A DNA stretch of 64,000 nt from Thermodesulfobacteriota bacterium. GTDB lineage: Bacteria > Desulfobacterota_D > UBA1144 > Nemesobacterales > JAJCZQ01. Both the position numbers and the translations under genes were made by a program. Of the stretch, positions 22,972-33,503 are shown piece after piece. The notes below the pieces were generated by a model. That model ran no database searches. It saw only the letters and a program-made list of their open reading frames with translations, and was not told where the DNA came from. The stretch spans positions 864,911-928,910 of the forward strand of contig CBDBDR010000017.1 in NCBI GenBank assembly GCA_965203965.1, given 5' to 3'. Positions within the stretch are counted from its first letter, which is position 1; every line of letters begins with the position of its first letter.

Positions 22972-24075
22972 TCATCCCGTCAACTTTGATCCAGCAATCC
23001 TTTCTCCTACCAGTTCTGAAATGTTCTTTACTCCTTCTGCATCCATGTACTTCAAAAGACCATAATTAATTTTATTTGCAACTGAAGGACCCTCGCCTCT
23101 CAATCCGGTTACTATTTGCAAAGCCTTTGCTCCTGCACCAATTTTTTCAAGTGCAGAATTTGTATCCTTTATTCCACCAACACCTATTATCTCCAGCTTA
23201 TCGCCTGCTTGTTTGTAGATATGCTGGATCTTTTTTGTTGAGAGAGTTCTGTAGTCAACATCATCACCACTGAGACCTCCCTCGCTATCCTTCCACTTTG
23301 AACCGTATTTTGATCTGATATTAGCGTTGTCTGTGGTATTTGTGGCAATGATCCCAGTAATTCCACCACCAAGAGCAACGTCTATAACATCATCCACGGC
23401 ACGGTCGGTAATATCAGGCGAAATTTTAACGAACACTGACTTTTTTGTAACTTCCTTAACTGCCTGCACCACATCTGCCAACTGTTTTTTATTTTGTAAT
23501 TTCCTGAGTCCAGGAGTATTGGGAGAGCTAACATTAATCGCAAAATAGCTCGCATACTCATCTAAATATTCAGCAACAACAGCATTTGCCTTTGGAGCAT
23601 CATCAGGTTTAACAAACTTATTAATACCAAGACTAACACCAATGGGTATATCGGATCTTTCGTATTTTTTCAGATTGTATCCAATCTTTCTCATTCCGGG
23701 ACTGTTGAAACCAAGCCAATTGAGACAAACTCTCGAGTTCAACATAAACTGCCTCGGCTTTGGATTTCCCGGCTGACGATGCTCAACGACAGAACCGATC
23801 TCCACTCCCGCAAAACCCATTGCGATCAACGCCTTTACGGTTCTTGCCTTCTTGTCCCACCCAGCCCCAACAAGAAGCGGGTTTTCAAGCTCTATCCCAC
23901 CAAGATTGACGTTCAGCCTTTTATCTATAACTTTTTTACCACCGCATGAGGTAAACTCAACTAACTTCAAGGTAAAACTCGTCTGCTCTGCAAAATGAAG
24001 AGTTTCTCTGACAACCTCGTGCCAAAACTCGGAATCAAGCCTGTCTAAGATCGGGCGGATAAAGGTTTTATACAT
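22972..24075 (-). CDS. pyrD: dihydroorotate dehydrogenase (quinone), class 2
   Basis: N-terminal membrane-association extension plus a TIM barrel (NPLLVGAGWDK, PNTPGLR, GGI). 367 aa. Confidence 0.9.
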   Translation of the reverse strand: MYKTFIRPILDRLDSEFWHEVVRETLHFAEQTSFTLKLVEFTSCGGKKVIDKRLNVNLGGIELENPLLVGAGWDKKARTVKALIAMGFAGVEIGSVVEHRQPGNPKPRQFMLNSRVCLNWLGFNSPGMRKIGYNLKKYERSDIPIGVSLGINKFVKPDDAPKANAVVAEYLDEYASYFAINVSSPNTPGLRKLQNKKQLADVVQAVKEVTKKSVFVKISPDITDRAVDDVIDVALGGGITGIIATNTTDNANIRSKYGSKWKDSEGGLSGDDVDYRTLSTKKIQHIYKQAGDKLEIIGVGGIKDTNSALEKIGAGAKALQIVTGLRGEGPSVANKINYGLLKYMDAEGVKNISELVGERIAGSKLTG

Positions 24076-24271
24076 GGCAACATTTGTAGTTTAACATAAA
24101 TAGAATTCTAATAACCAGATCTGCGTTCCCCACACTTTTAATGTTTACGGCACGCTCCCCTGACGTGAACATAAGCCAGTAACCCAGAAAAATAACGGAT
24201 ACTTGATAAAGATGTTCAGGTATTGCGGGGGGTTCGTGTTTTACAACTTAATATAGACGTTCAGTAAAACA

Positions 24272-25372
24272 CTAAACGTTGAACCTAAATAGAATGACAT
24301 CCCCATCATTTACCACGTAGTCCTTCCCCTCTGATCTCATTTTACCTGCCTCTTTTGCAGCCAGATCCGACCCGGTTGAGATATAGTCATCATAGCTTAT
24401 TGTCTCAGCACGAATAAAACCCCTTTCAAAATCCGTGTGTATCCTGCCCGCGGCCTGCGGTGCCTTTGTTCCACTGGTTATTGTCCATGCACGCACCTCT
24501 TTTGGACCCGCTGTAAAATAGGTGATAAGTCCCAGCTTTGAATAAGCGGAGTTTACAAGCCTGTCAAGCCCGGACTCTTGCAAACCAAGCTCACTTAAAA
24601 ACATTTTCTTCTCTTTCCCGTCAAGCTCTGCTATTTCAGACTCTATTTTTGCACATATCAACAAAACGTCATCGTTAGACCTGCTCGCGTATTCCCTGAC
24701 CTTTTTCACGTGCTTATTATCCTCTACTCCAGAAATTTCATCCTCCGCTACGTTGCAGACATACAAAACTGGCTTTGAAGTTAAAAGAGAGAGACTCGCC
24801 AGAAAAATTTTCCCTGTTTCATCTGTCTTAAATTCTCTTGCATCCCCACCGCTTTCTATAATATCTTTGATAGATCTTATGATCTCACTCTCAGCCTTTG
24901 CCTCTTTACTACCACTTTTTAGCCGGGATTGTAGTTTATCTTCTCTCTTCTCAATCATCTCTAAATCCTTTAAAACAAGCTCATCACGAACTGCGTTTAT
25001 ATCACGGATCGTATCCACAAAGCCATCCACGTGAACTATACCATCGTCTTCAAAACACCTTACAACGTGTAGTATCAGGTCAACTTCCCTGATATGAGAA
25101 AGGAAGGCATTGCCCCTACCCTTGCCCTCCGAAGCTCCTTTTACAAGCCCAGCTATATCCACAATCTCAATAAAAGCAGGCACGGTTTTCAACGGTTTTA
25201 CAATTTCAGAAAGTCTATCCAACCTTTTATCGGGAACGGCAACCATTCCAATGTTTGGGTCAATAGTGCAAAAGGGAAAATTGGAGGCATCTGCACCCGC
25301 ACTGGTCAGTGCATTAAAAAGCGTGGATTTACCCACGTTTGGCAACCCTACAATTCCAGATTTAAATCCCAT
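24272..25372 (-). CDS. ychF: ribosome-binding ATPase YchF
   Basis: GLPNVGKSTLFNALT P-loop and a TGS-like C-terminus. 366 aa. Confidence 0.9.
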   Translation of the reverse strand: MGFKSGIVGLPNVGKSTLFNALTSAGADASNFPFCTIDPNIGMVAVPDKRLDRLSEIVKPLKTVPAFIEIVDIAGLVKGASEGKGRGNAFLSHIREVDLILHVVRCFEDDGIVHVDGFVDTIRDINAVRDELVLKDLEMIEKREDKLQSRLKSGSKEAKAESEIIRSIKDIIESGGDAREFKTDETGKIFLASLSLLTSKPVLYVCNVAEDEISGVEDNKHVKKVREYASRSNDDVLLICAKIESEIAELDGKEKKMFLSELGLQESGLDRLVNSAYSKLGLITYFTAGPKEVRAWTITSGTKAPQAAGRIHTDFERGFIRAETISYDDYISTGSDLAAKEAGKMRSEGKDYVVNDGDVILFRFNV

Positions 25373-25377
25373 TTTTT

Positions 25378-25457
25378 CGAGGGGTGGATGACCGGATTTG
25401 AACCGGCGACCTCCTGGGCCACAACCAGGTGCTCTAACCGGGCTGAGCTACACCCAC
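25378..25457 (-). tRNA. tRNA-His (anticodon GTG)
   Basis: The reverse complement folds as a cloverleaf with anticodon stem CCTGG/CCAGG and loop TTGTGGC. There is an extra 5' G(-1) opposite C73, as expected for tRNA-His. T-arm GGTTCAAATCC. It lies 5 nt upstream of ychF on the same strand. Confidence 0.85.
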
Positions 25458-25657
25458 CATTGGTGCTGATAAGCAAGTATGAAACCTGTGCGGTTCACAC
25501 AAGCAGGTAATTATCATTCATACTGTCCCCAATATCAAGTTTGATAAAATATTATGGCAGACGAGTTGATCTGCGTTCATCATGGCTATAATTTGTGTGC
25601 CTCACGACCCCGCTTACTACTCTTTACATGACACGGTTATTCTATAATGTTTTGCCT

Positions 25658-26368
25658 ATGAATGAAGCTGAACTTAATAAACTGACATCTATATACAACG
25701 GTGAAACTTCTTCTATAAAAGAAGCATTCAAAATTCAAAAAGATCTGTCCAAAAAGATCATTAGGGAAAAAACCTATGATCAACTCAGAACGGTTGCAGG
25801 GGCGGATCTTGCAATACTTACAAAGCAGGAAAAATTTCTCTGCGGAATAGTTGTATTTTCATATCCAAGCATGCAGATCGTTGAAAAGGTGTATTCCATT
25901 ACAGAGATAAAATTTCCCTACATCCCGGGACTGCTCGCTTTTAGAGAATGCCCCGCTATTATTGAAACCTTCGAAAAAATCAGAAACAAGCCCGACCTGC
26001 TAATGATAGACGGGCACGGGCTTGCACATCCAAGGTCTTTTGGAATAGCATGTCACGCCGGTGTTATCCTCGGTATCCCGACTATCGGAGTGGCAAAGAA
26101 AAAACTCTTTGGCACATACATAGAACCGCAAAAGCAGAAAGGAAACTGGAGCAAATTGAAAAATAAAAAAGACAGTAAAACTATTGGAGCAGTTGTAAGA
26201 ACAAAGAACAATGTAAAACCCGTTTTTGTTTCAATCGGAAATAAAATTGATCTTCAATCCTCTGTAAAACTAGTGCTTGACTGCTCGGTGGGTTACCGAA
26301 TTCCAGAACCCACAAGACAGGCAGATAAATTTGTCTCAGAATTAAAACTAAAACCAACGATCGTGTAA
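25658..26368 (+). CDS. nfi: endonuclease V (deoxyinosine 3'-endonuclease)
   Basis: Motifs YIPGLLAFRECP, DGHGLAHPRSFG, GVAKK. The start was moved to the internal Met (MNEAELNKL). Confidence 0.8.
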   Translation: MNEAELNKLTSIYNGETSSIKEAFKIQKDLSKKIIREKTYDQLRTVAGADLAILTKQEKFLCGIVVFSYPSMQIVEKVYSITEIKFPYIPGLLAFRECPAIIETFEKIRNKPDLLMIDGHGLAHPRSFGIACHAGVILGIPTIGVAKKKLFGTYIEPQKQKGNWSKLKNKKDSKTIGAVVRTKNNVKPVFVSIGNKIDLQSSVKLVLDCSVGYRIPEPTRQADKFVSELKLKPTIV

Positions 26369-26447
26369 TTGTTCGCTTTTGCCTCTGCCGTTCAATTAGC
26401 CTTTGAAAGGATCGGGAGGTCTTTAATTAAAAAGCAAGTTCAAACTT

Positions 26448-27563
26448 TCAAGTCGTGGGATTTTTTCTCATAAGAGATATAAAATTATTAAACAGATAAG
26501 ACGAGTCACGTGGTCCCGGGGAAGATTCGGGATGATATTGAATGGAAAACAGAGGTAGGTCTTTATGCCTCAATCCCTCTATCGTGTTGTCGTTCAGATT
26601 AATGTGTGTTATCTCAATACAATTGCTCAGCGACTCTGGGTCGACTGCAAAACTGTGATTTTGTGAAGTTATTTCAATCTTGCCATTTGCAAGGTTTTTA
26701 ACGGGTTGATTTGCTCCGCGATGTCCAAATTTTAATTTATAAGTTTTACCACCAAGTGCGAGACTGATGATCTGATGACCTAAACAGATCCCAAATACTG
26801 GCTTCTTTCCTATCAAGTCTTTAACGTTTTCCACCGCGTAATCAACGCCTTGTGGGTCACCGGGACCATTTGACAGGAAAATCCCATCGGGGTTCATTTT
26901 GAGTACTTCAGTCGATTTGGTTGTTGAAGGAACAACCGTCAACTTGCACCCAAGCCGTTTGAGTTGTCTCAAAATGTTTGTTTTTACCCCAAAGTCATAG
27001 ACAACTACTTTATATTCAGGCTCGGGACATTGCCCTTCATCAACCCATGGGTAAGATCGTTTACAACTAACTTCTGTAACCAGATCCCGCCCGACTATGC
27101 TCGGTGATCTTCTGACTTTTTCCAAAAGACTTTCATTGTTGAAATCTATTGTAGAGATGAGGCTTTTTTGCGCTCCTTTTGTCCTGATCTGCTTAGTTAA
27201 TTGTCTTGTATCAATACCGTAAATTCCACTTACATTGTGGTTTTTCATATAATCGCTCAATGAACCTTCTGACCGCCAGTTGCTTGGCAGGTTCCAATAC
27301 TCTTTTACGACAAGTCCTTTTGTAAAGGGTCTCACTGATTCTGTATCAATGGAATTGACCCCGTAATTACCAATTTCAGGATAAGTCATAACCACGATCT
27401 GACCATTATATGAAGGATCGGTAATGATCTCTTGATATCCGGTCATTGAAGTATTGAAAACGATCTCACCCGTTGTTTCAGCTTCAGAACCAAAGCTGAA
27501 TCCTTCAAAAATTGTACCGTCTTCCGTAGCTAAAACCGCTTTTTTCTTCATAAGCAGACTCAA
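26448..27563 (-). CDS. carA: carbamoyl-phosphate synthase small (glutaminase) subunit
   Basis: CPSase small-chain N-domain plus a class I GATase (GICLGHQ, HPE). Confidence 0.9.
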   Translation of the reverse strand: MSLLMKKKAVLATEDGTIFEGFSFGSEAETTGEIVFNTSMTGYQEIITDPSYNGQIVVMTYPEIGNYGVNSIDTESVRPFTKGLVVKEYWNLPSNWRSEGSLSDYMKNHNVSGIYGIDTRQLTKQIRTKGAQKSLISTIDFNNESLLEKVRRSPSIVGRDLVTEVSCKRSYPWVDEGQCPEPEYKVVVYDFGVKTNILRQLKRLGCKLTVVPSTTKSTEVLKMNPDGIFLSNGPGDPQGVDYAVENVKDLIGKKPVFGICLGHQIISLALGGKTYKLKFGHRGANQPVKNLANGKIEITSQNHSFAVDPESLSNCIEITHINLNDNTIEGLRHKDLPLFSIQYHPESSPGPRDSSYLFNNFISLMRKNPTT

Positions 27564-27590
27564 AATTAATTACTGTGCAACCGTAACGCG

Positions 27591-29021
27591 TCAAACAGAG
27601 TTTATCAGCTTTTTGATCGCCTCGTTCACCAACTTGGGATTTGCCTTGCCTCCGGTCAGCTTCATAACCTGTCCAACAAAAAATCCTATCAGTTTATTTT
27701 CACCCGACCTGTATCTACTGACCTCTTCAGGATTGTCTTTGAGTATTTTGTAAACTATGGCTTCAATCTCGGAGGCATCGGAAATCTGCTCAATCCCTCT
27801 TTGTTTTATTATATCCCTTGCGGATTTCTTCTCTGCGATCATTATGGGAAAAATTTCCTTGGCAATTTTCCTGTTAATTATCCTGTCTCTTGTAAGGTTT
27901 AAAAGCTCTGCAAGCATCTGAGCAGTAACGGGAAACTGTTCAATATCATCATCAATATCCACCTCTCTAAGCATTTCCGTTATTATCCAATTACACAGTT
28001 CTTTTGGGTCATCAAAACTCTCAAGACATTTTTCAAAGTAGTTTGCAATATCCTTGTTTGAGACAAGTAGCTTTGCGTTATCATCAGAGAGTTGATAGCT
28101 TGATAAAAACCTTTTCAGTTTACGATCGGGAAGTTCGGGCAAAGAGTTTCTCAATTCCTCAACCCATTCTTTTTCAAGCACCAAAGGAGGCAGGTCAGGA
28201 TCGGGGAAATATCTGTAATCATGCGCATCCTCTTTTGTTCTCATTGAAAAAGTCCTGACCTTGTTAGAGTCAAAAAGTCTTGTCTCTTGTATTACCCGTT
28301 GCCCGTTCTTAACTAATTCAGTTTGACGCTGTGTCTCATGGTCAATGGCTTTTTGAATAAACCTAAATGAGTTGAGGTTTTTTATCTCTACTTTTGTTCC
28401 GAGTTTATCTGAGCCTTTTTCTTTTATTGATATATTTGCATCACATCTCAGATTTCCCCGTTCCATATTCCCGTCACATACGTCAACGTATTTCAAAATA
28501 GATCTTAGTTGTTTTACGTATGAAACCGCCTCGTCCGAATTTTGAATATCAGGCTCGGTTACTATTTCTACCAGTGGCATCCCCGACCTGTTCAGATCTA
28601 CAAAGCTGTAAGTATCCGAGTCCTCATGTATTAATTTCCCGGCATCTTCCTCCATATGTATTCTTTTAATGCGGATTTTCTTTGTTTGCCCTTTTACATC
28701 CACCCTTAGAAACCCGTCCGTTGAAAATGGCTCTACATGCTGTGATATCTGGTATCCCTTTGGCAAATCGGGATAAAAATAGTTCTTTCTTGCAAAACTC
28801 GAACGTAGCTGAACCTTACAGTTAGTTGCCAGTGCAGCCTTGACGGCAAACTCCAGTGCTTTGGTATTTAGAACCGGTAAAACCCCGGGCATTCCGAGGC
28901 AAATGGGATTTACCTGTGAGTTAGGAGGTGAACCGAATCTCGTTGAAGAGGATGAAAAAATTTTGGATTCTGTTTTAAGTTGTGCGTGAACTTCAAGTCC
29001 AATTACTGCTTCGTATTTCAT
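27591..29021 (-). CDS. gatB: Asp-tRNA(Asn)/Glu-tRNA(Gln) amidotransferase subunit B
   Basis: N-terminal YEAVIGLEVHAQL and a GatB/YqeY C-terminal domain. 476 aa. Confidence 0.9.
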   Translation of the reverse strand: MKYEAVIGLEVHAQLKTESKIFSSSSTRFGSPPNSQVNPICLGMPGVLPVLNTKALEFAVKAALATNCKVQLRSSFARKNYFYPDLPKGYQISQHVEPFSTDGFLRVDVKGQTKKIRIKRIHMEEDAGKLIHEDSDTYSFVDLNRSGMPLVEIVTEPDIQNSDEAVSYVKQLRSILKYVDVCDGNMERGNLRCDANISIKEKGSDKLGTKVEIKNLNSFRFIQKAIDHETQRQTELVKNGQRVIQETRLFDSNKVRTFSMRTKEDAHDYRYFPDPDLPPLVLEKEWVEELRNSLPELPDRKLKRFLSSYQLSDDNAKLLVSNKDIANYFEKCLESFDDPKELCNWIITEMLREVDIDDDIEQFPVTAQMLAELLNLTRDRIINRKIAKEIFPIMIAEKKSARDIIKQRGIEQISDASEIEAIVYKILKDNPEEVSRYRSGENKLIGFFVGQVMKLTGGKANPKLVNEAIKKLINSV

Positions 29022-29166
29022 ATAACTATAACCCGATGGATAAATTTGGTAAGGGTGAATAATGAAGGTGCATTGTCAAGAAAACAGATCAGCGGGAGAT
29101 CTTGCCTTTCTAACGACAACCACAAGAGTCTATCAATTTCATACTTATATCGGCTTTGTATATGAA

Positions 29167-29811
29167 TTATTTTAATATTTTCCCTGTCTTTTCACTCCAT
29201 ATTAACAAATCCAACTCATCGGAGTCAAAGTTGTTTATCCTTGCATATTGCTTGTATTGATTTTCCATTTGCAGGTATTGCATCCTGTTTGATGGGGTCT
29301 TTTTTTGATTAATAACTTTAAGATCAAATAACGCACTTACAACGTGCTTATCCAGTATTGCATAACCTTTATAACCAATGTTCCTCAAAAAATGGCTTGC
29401 TTCCTTAAAACCTATGCCCTTGATATTTTTGTTTAAAGCAAAAAAATCCCTTCTTTCGGGGTTGCTTGTAAAAGAGTTAAGCAAATCCCTTATCCTTAAA
29501 GCATAATTGGATTCCAGATATTCCCTCGTATGAAAAATATATTCAGCCCTGATATTGTAAAATCGGTATATACCTTTGAGTTTATTTCTAATCTCTACCC
29601 TGTTACCGGCAAATATGACATTTCCAATTTCATCAACCACCCTTATACCCATTTCTGCACTCGTTCCAGCTGTTAAAATGCAAAAAACAAGCTCACTGAA
29701 TATCCGTTTATCATCCGCTGTATCTTGAAGGTCTTCAAATTCAGCTACTCGCTCTTTAATTGCAACTTTCTTGCATTTGTAAGATAATTTGAGAGTTTTG
29801 GTGCTTATCAT
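29167..29811 (-). CDS. ogg: N-glycosylase/DNA lyase (Ogg2-like 8-oxoguanine glycosylase, HhH-GPD)
   Basis: Size of about 210 aa and an HhH region (IKGIGFKEASHFLRNIGYKGYAILDKHV) with a candidate catalytic Lys/Asp spacing. Assigned from memory of archaeal/Thermotoga-type Ogg. Confidence 0.6.
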   Translation of the reverse strand: MISTKTLKLSYKCKKVAIKERVAEFEDLQDTADDKRIFSELVFCILTAGTSAEMGIRVVDEIGNVIFAGNRVEIRNKLKGIYRFYNIRAEYIFHTREYLESNYALRIRDLLNSFTSNPERRDFFALNKNIKGIGFKEASHFLRNIGYKGYAILDKHVVSALFDLKVINQKKTPSNRMQYLQMENQYKQYARINNFDSDELDLLIWSEKTGKILK

Positions 29812-29839
29812 TAACAGACTGAATTTTTCGGAAAGGAAG

Positions 29840-32104
29840 TTATCTATATATCTTGAGATTTTTCCCAGCGGTCAACTTAGTTGTTCGCAGGTTATTCCAT
29901 TTTTTTATATCGTTGATGGATACACTGTATTGAACTGCGATCTCTGAAAGTGTGTCGCCGTGTTTAATGTCATGATTGATTGAGCCTTTACTGTTCTCCA
30001 AAGGTATTTCTAACTTCTGTCCTGCTTTTATTCTCGATGACCTCAACCCATTACGATTCGCCAAGGACGAAGTCCTTACTCCAAACTTCTCTGCTATCTC
30101 TCCCACCGTGTCTCCTTTCCGCACAACGTAAACCGCACCAGATCCAATACCTGAACCACTATTACTAACCTCTCTGCTCTCAATAGGTATTTCTAACTTC
30201 TGTCCTACTCTTATTCTCGATGACCTCAACCCATTACGATTCGCCAAGGACGAAGTCCTTACTCCAAACTTCTCTGCTATCTCTCCCACCGTGTCTCCTT
30301 TCCGCACAACGTAAACCGCACCAGATCCAATACCTGAACCACTATTACTAACCTCTCTGCTCTCAATAGGTATTTCTAACTTCTGTCCTACTCTTATTCT
30401 CGATGACCTCAACCCATTACGATTCGCCAAGGACGAAGTCCTTACTCCAAACTTCTCTGCTATCTCTCCCACCGTGTCTCCTTTCCGCACAACGTAAACC
30501 GCACCAGATCCAATACCTGAACCACTATTACTAACCTCTCTGCTCTCAATAGGTATTTCTAACTTCTGTCCTACTCTTATTCTCGATGACCTCAACCCAT
30601 TACGATTCGCCAAGGACGAAGTCCTTACTCCAAACTTCTCTGCTATCTCTCCCACCGTGTCTCCTTTCCGCACAACGTAAACCGCACCAGATCCAATACC
30701 TGAACCACTATTACTAACCTCTCTGCTCTCAATAGGTATTTCTAACTTCTGTCCTACTCTTATTCTCGATGACCTCAACCCATTACGATTCGCCAAGGAC
30801 GAAGTCCTTACTCCAAACTTCTCTGCTATCTCTCCCACCGTGTCTCCTTTCCGCACAACGTAAACCGCATTGCTATAAACAGGTATTGATCTTCTTATTA
30901 TCAACTTTTGACCGGGTCTCAACCTATCAGATTTGAGTTTATTGCCACTTTTTATGGAGCTAATTCTCACCCCGAATTTTTTTGCAATTACCCACAAGTT
31001 GTCGCCTCTTTTAACTGTGTATGCCGTATAAACTGATCTTCTGGGTGTGGTCTTTCTCAGATTCGCTATTCCTCTCTTATTCCTTGCGAATTTCTTTACA
31101 AATGACGGTTTAATATAAAGATGAGAATTACTACCGGGAGGTGTAATTCCTCTTATAAGAAACGGGTTGTGTGATTTGATTTCCTTGTATTTGTAACCAA
31201 CTATTCTTGCTATATCTCTCAGGCTTTTCCCTGGAGGAACAAAAACTTTTACAAACTTTTTATCATTAGCATGACGCACACTTTCAAAACCGTATTTTTC
31301 TGGATCCATGGCTATAATGAGCGATGCAATAAACTTTGGAACATAATTTCTGGTTTCTCTTGGAAGAGTTTTTGAAACAACCCAGAAGTCATTGGAACGA
31401 GTTTTCTTTATTCCTTTTCTTACTCTGGCTTCACCACAGTTGTAACCAGCGAGGGCAAGTTCCCATGAATCAAATTCTTTGTAAAGGTCTTTTAAATATT
31501 GGGAAGCAGCCACAGTGGCTTTCTTGTAATCTCTTCTCTCATCTACCCAAAAGTTGACTTCTAACCCATACCTTCTCCCAGTGGGCTTGATAAACTGCCA
31601 AAGACCGACCGCATGTTTTGGCGAGACAGCATTCGGGTTATAACCACTTTCAATCAACGGCAAATAAGCAAGGCTCTTAGGAACACCTGCGTTTGCTAAT
31701 AATTGCTTTAGTTCAGGTGTGTAATATGCTGATCTTTCAAGCCATCTTACAAAAGATCTCCTGTGGCTTGTCTGGAAAATCTTTAAGTAATATTCAACTT
31801 TCTCGTTATTGATATAGGATTTGCTATTGGTAAGTAGTCTGTCTAATTCAGAGTGTTTATTGTAATGAGTATCCTCAACCGAATCGGAAGGAGAAATATC
31901 CTTGAAATTGGAGTATTTATTTTCTTCCGGTTCCGGTATAATTGGTAGATCTTCTGAAACCTCAGGTTCTATTTCCTGCTCATAAACTCTATAAAAATTA
32001 GATAACTCCGCTTTTTTGGGAGCACAGCCAAGAAAGGCAAAAGAAATTACAAGTAAAAATAGTAATGCAAAAACCTTAATGGTTTGTATTTTATTGGGGT
32101 TCAT
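29840..32104 (-). CDS. mltD: membrane-bound lytic murein transglycosylase D-like (SLT domain + 7 LysM modules)
   Basis: Lipoprotein signal (FLGC). SLT catalytic region (ESGYNPNAVSP..GLWQF). C-terminal array of LysM modules (VKRGDTLxxIAxKFGV...). 754 aa. Confidence 0.85.
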   Translation of the reverse strand: MNPNKIQTIKVFALLFLLVISFAFLGCAPKKAELSNFYRVYEQEIEPEVSEDLPIIPEPEENKYSNFKDISPSDSVEDTHYNKHSELDRLLTNSKSYINNEKVEYYLKIFQTSHRRSFVRWLERSAYYTPELKQLLANAGVPKSLAYLPLIESGYNPNAVSPKHAVGLWQFIKPTGRRYGLEVNFWVDERRDYKKATVAASQYLKDLYKEFDSWELALAGYNCGEARVRKGIKKTRSNDFWVVSKTLPRETRNYVPKFIASLIIAMDPEKYGFESVRHANDKKFVKVFVPPGKSLRDIARIVGYKYKEIKSHNPFLIRGITPPGSNSHLYIKPSFVKKFARNKRGIANLRKTTPRRSVYTAYTVKRGDNLWVIAKKFGVRISSIKSGNKLKSDRLRPGQKLIIRRSIPVYSNAVYVVRKGDTVGEIAEKFGVRTSSLANRNGLRSSRIRVGQKLEIPIESREVSNSGSGIGSGAVYVVRKGDTVGEIAEKFGVRTSSLANRNGLRSSRIRVGQKLEIPIESREVSNSGSGIGSGAVYVVRKGDTVGEIAEKFGVRTSSLANRNGLRSSRIRVGQKLEIPIESREVSNSGSGIGSGAVYVVRKGDTVGEIAEKFGVRTSSLANRNGLRSSRIRVGQKLEIPIESREVSNSGSGIGSGAVYVVRKGDTVGEIAEKFGVRTSSLANRNGLRSSRIKAGQKLEIPLENSKGSINHDIKHGDTLSEIAVQYSVSINDIKKWNNLRTTKLTAGKNLKIYR
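30003..30880. repeat. tandem repeat, 183-bp unit x ~4.7, near-identical at nucleotide level (LysM-encoding)
   Basis: The unit beginning ggtatttctaacttctgtcct recurs at 30186, 30369, 30552 and 30735 with essentially no mismatches. Each unit encodes one 61-aa LysM module. Confidence 0.9.
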
Positions 32105-32423
32105 TTGAAAGTGCGTTGAGCAGTAATTTGTCTTTTAAACAAACACATAAACTATTCAATAAACTGAAGACAAACAGAACTATTACTACCATTTATTTTA
32201 TGAGAATGGTTTACTCTCTCTCTAACGAAACTATTGGACTTTGCATTACTCATACTATTAATGTTAATGAAATTTTTACATTTGCTTTGCAAGTCCCTGT
32301 TTGCTTTAATAATTTTATCGGGGCATTCTACACAGGTTTGATAATAATGGCAAAAAAAAGTTAAGTTCTTATTAACAACTAATCACTAAATTTTATCTTT
32401 TTATTTTTTTTCGGGATCCCAAA

Positions 32424-33500
32424 TTGAACAAGAAAACAGTTGCCGTCATATATGGTGGATGTTCAGTTGAGCATCAGATATCCGTGATCTCCGCCAAATC
32501 CGTAATGGATAATATCGATCTGGATCAATTTAACATTTTTCCAGTTTACATAAACAAACTTGGAATATGGTGTAAAGGACAGTTAAACAGTCTGAAAAAA
32601 AACCACGAGCGATTGATTCCTTCACTTTCCGTAATTGAAACTCCAAAATTCTATGAAGTCATAGATGATAGTGTAGTGAACTCACATGACGTTGATATTA
32701 TATTTCCCGTGCTTCATGGCACTTATGGTGAAGATGGCACAGTACAGGGGCTTTTTGAGTTGATGGGAGTGCCTTATGTTGGAACATCGGTAATGGGTGC
32801 ATCCGTCGGAATGGACAAGATCGTAATGAAAACCCTGCTGAAAAACTACAAACTACCAGTTGTTGACTTTGTGGGTTTTACTCTAAATCAGTGGGAAAAT
32901 GGGAAAAAGGATATTGTCGTAAAAATATTGGAAACAATAAAATTACCCTGCTTTGTAAAATCCGCTGATTTAGGTTCAAGTATAGGGATTACAAAAGTTG
33001 CCGATGAAAAAGACATAGAAAAAGCAGTTGAATATTCTGGAAATTTCTCAGACCGTATCATAGTGGAAAAAGCCGTTGTTAATTGCAGGGAATTTGAGGT
33101 AAGCGTGCTGGGCAATGATAACCCCATTGCTTCAGTTGTGGGAGAAATCATTCCCAAAAGGGATTTTTATGATTATAAGGCAAAGTATGAAGACCCATCC
33201 ACGGAGTTGATAATCCCAGCCTTACTTGACCGGCAACTATCTGAAAAAACGAGAGACTATGCAGTTGAGGTTTTCAAAGTGCTGAACTGTAGTGGAATGG
33301 GTAGAGTTGATTTTCTTATGGGTGAGAGTGGCGAAATATTCGTCAGTGAACTCAACACGATTCCCGGTTTTACAAGTGTAAGTATGTATCCAAAGTTATG
33401 GGAAGCCTCGGGTATAAGTTACCCGAAACTTATAAAAAGGCTTATAAATCTCGCTTTTGAAAGATTTGAAAAGGAAAAAGAACTTAAAAGAAGTTTCTGA
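32424..33500 (+). CDS. ddl: D-alanine--D-alanine ligase
   Basis: N-terminus KTVAVIYGGCSVEHQISVISA and an ATP-grasp core. 358 aa. Confidence 0.9.
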   Translation: MNKKTVAVIYGGCSVEHQISVISAKSVMDNIDLDQFNIFPVYINKLGIWCKGQLNSLKKNHERLIPSLSVIETPKFYEVIDDSVVNSHDVDIIFPVLHGTYGEDGTVQGLFELMGVPYVGTSVMGASVGMDKIVMKTLLKNYKLPVVDFVGFTLNQWENGKKDIVVKILETIKLPCFVKSADLGSSIGITKVADEKDIEKAVEYSGNFSDRIIVEKAVVNCREFEVSVLGNDNPIASVVGEIIPKRDFYDYKAKYEDPSTELIIPALLDRQLSEKTRDYAVEVFKVLNCSGMGRVDFLMGESGEIFVSELNTIPGFTSVSMYPKLWEASGISYPKLIKRLINLAFERFEKEKELKRSF

Positions 33501-33503
33501 TAG

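Noticed and set aside
24076-24271. Possible ncRNA in the 200-bp pyrD-ychF spacer
   Set aside because: No convincing conserved structure or terminator was recognisable by eye, so it cannot be supported from sequence alone.
25094-25510. 138-aa plus-strand ORF
   Set aside because: It lies antisense to the well-supported ychF gene and runs across tRNA-His. It has no domain and its composition is just the mirror of ychF codons, so it is spurious.
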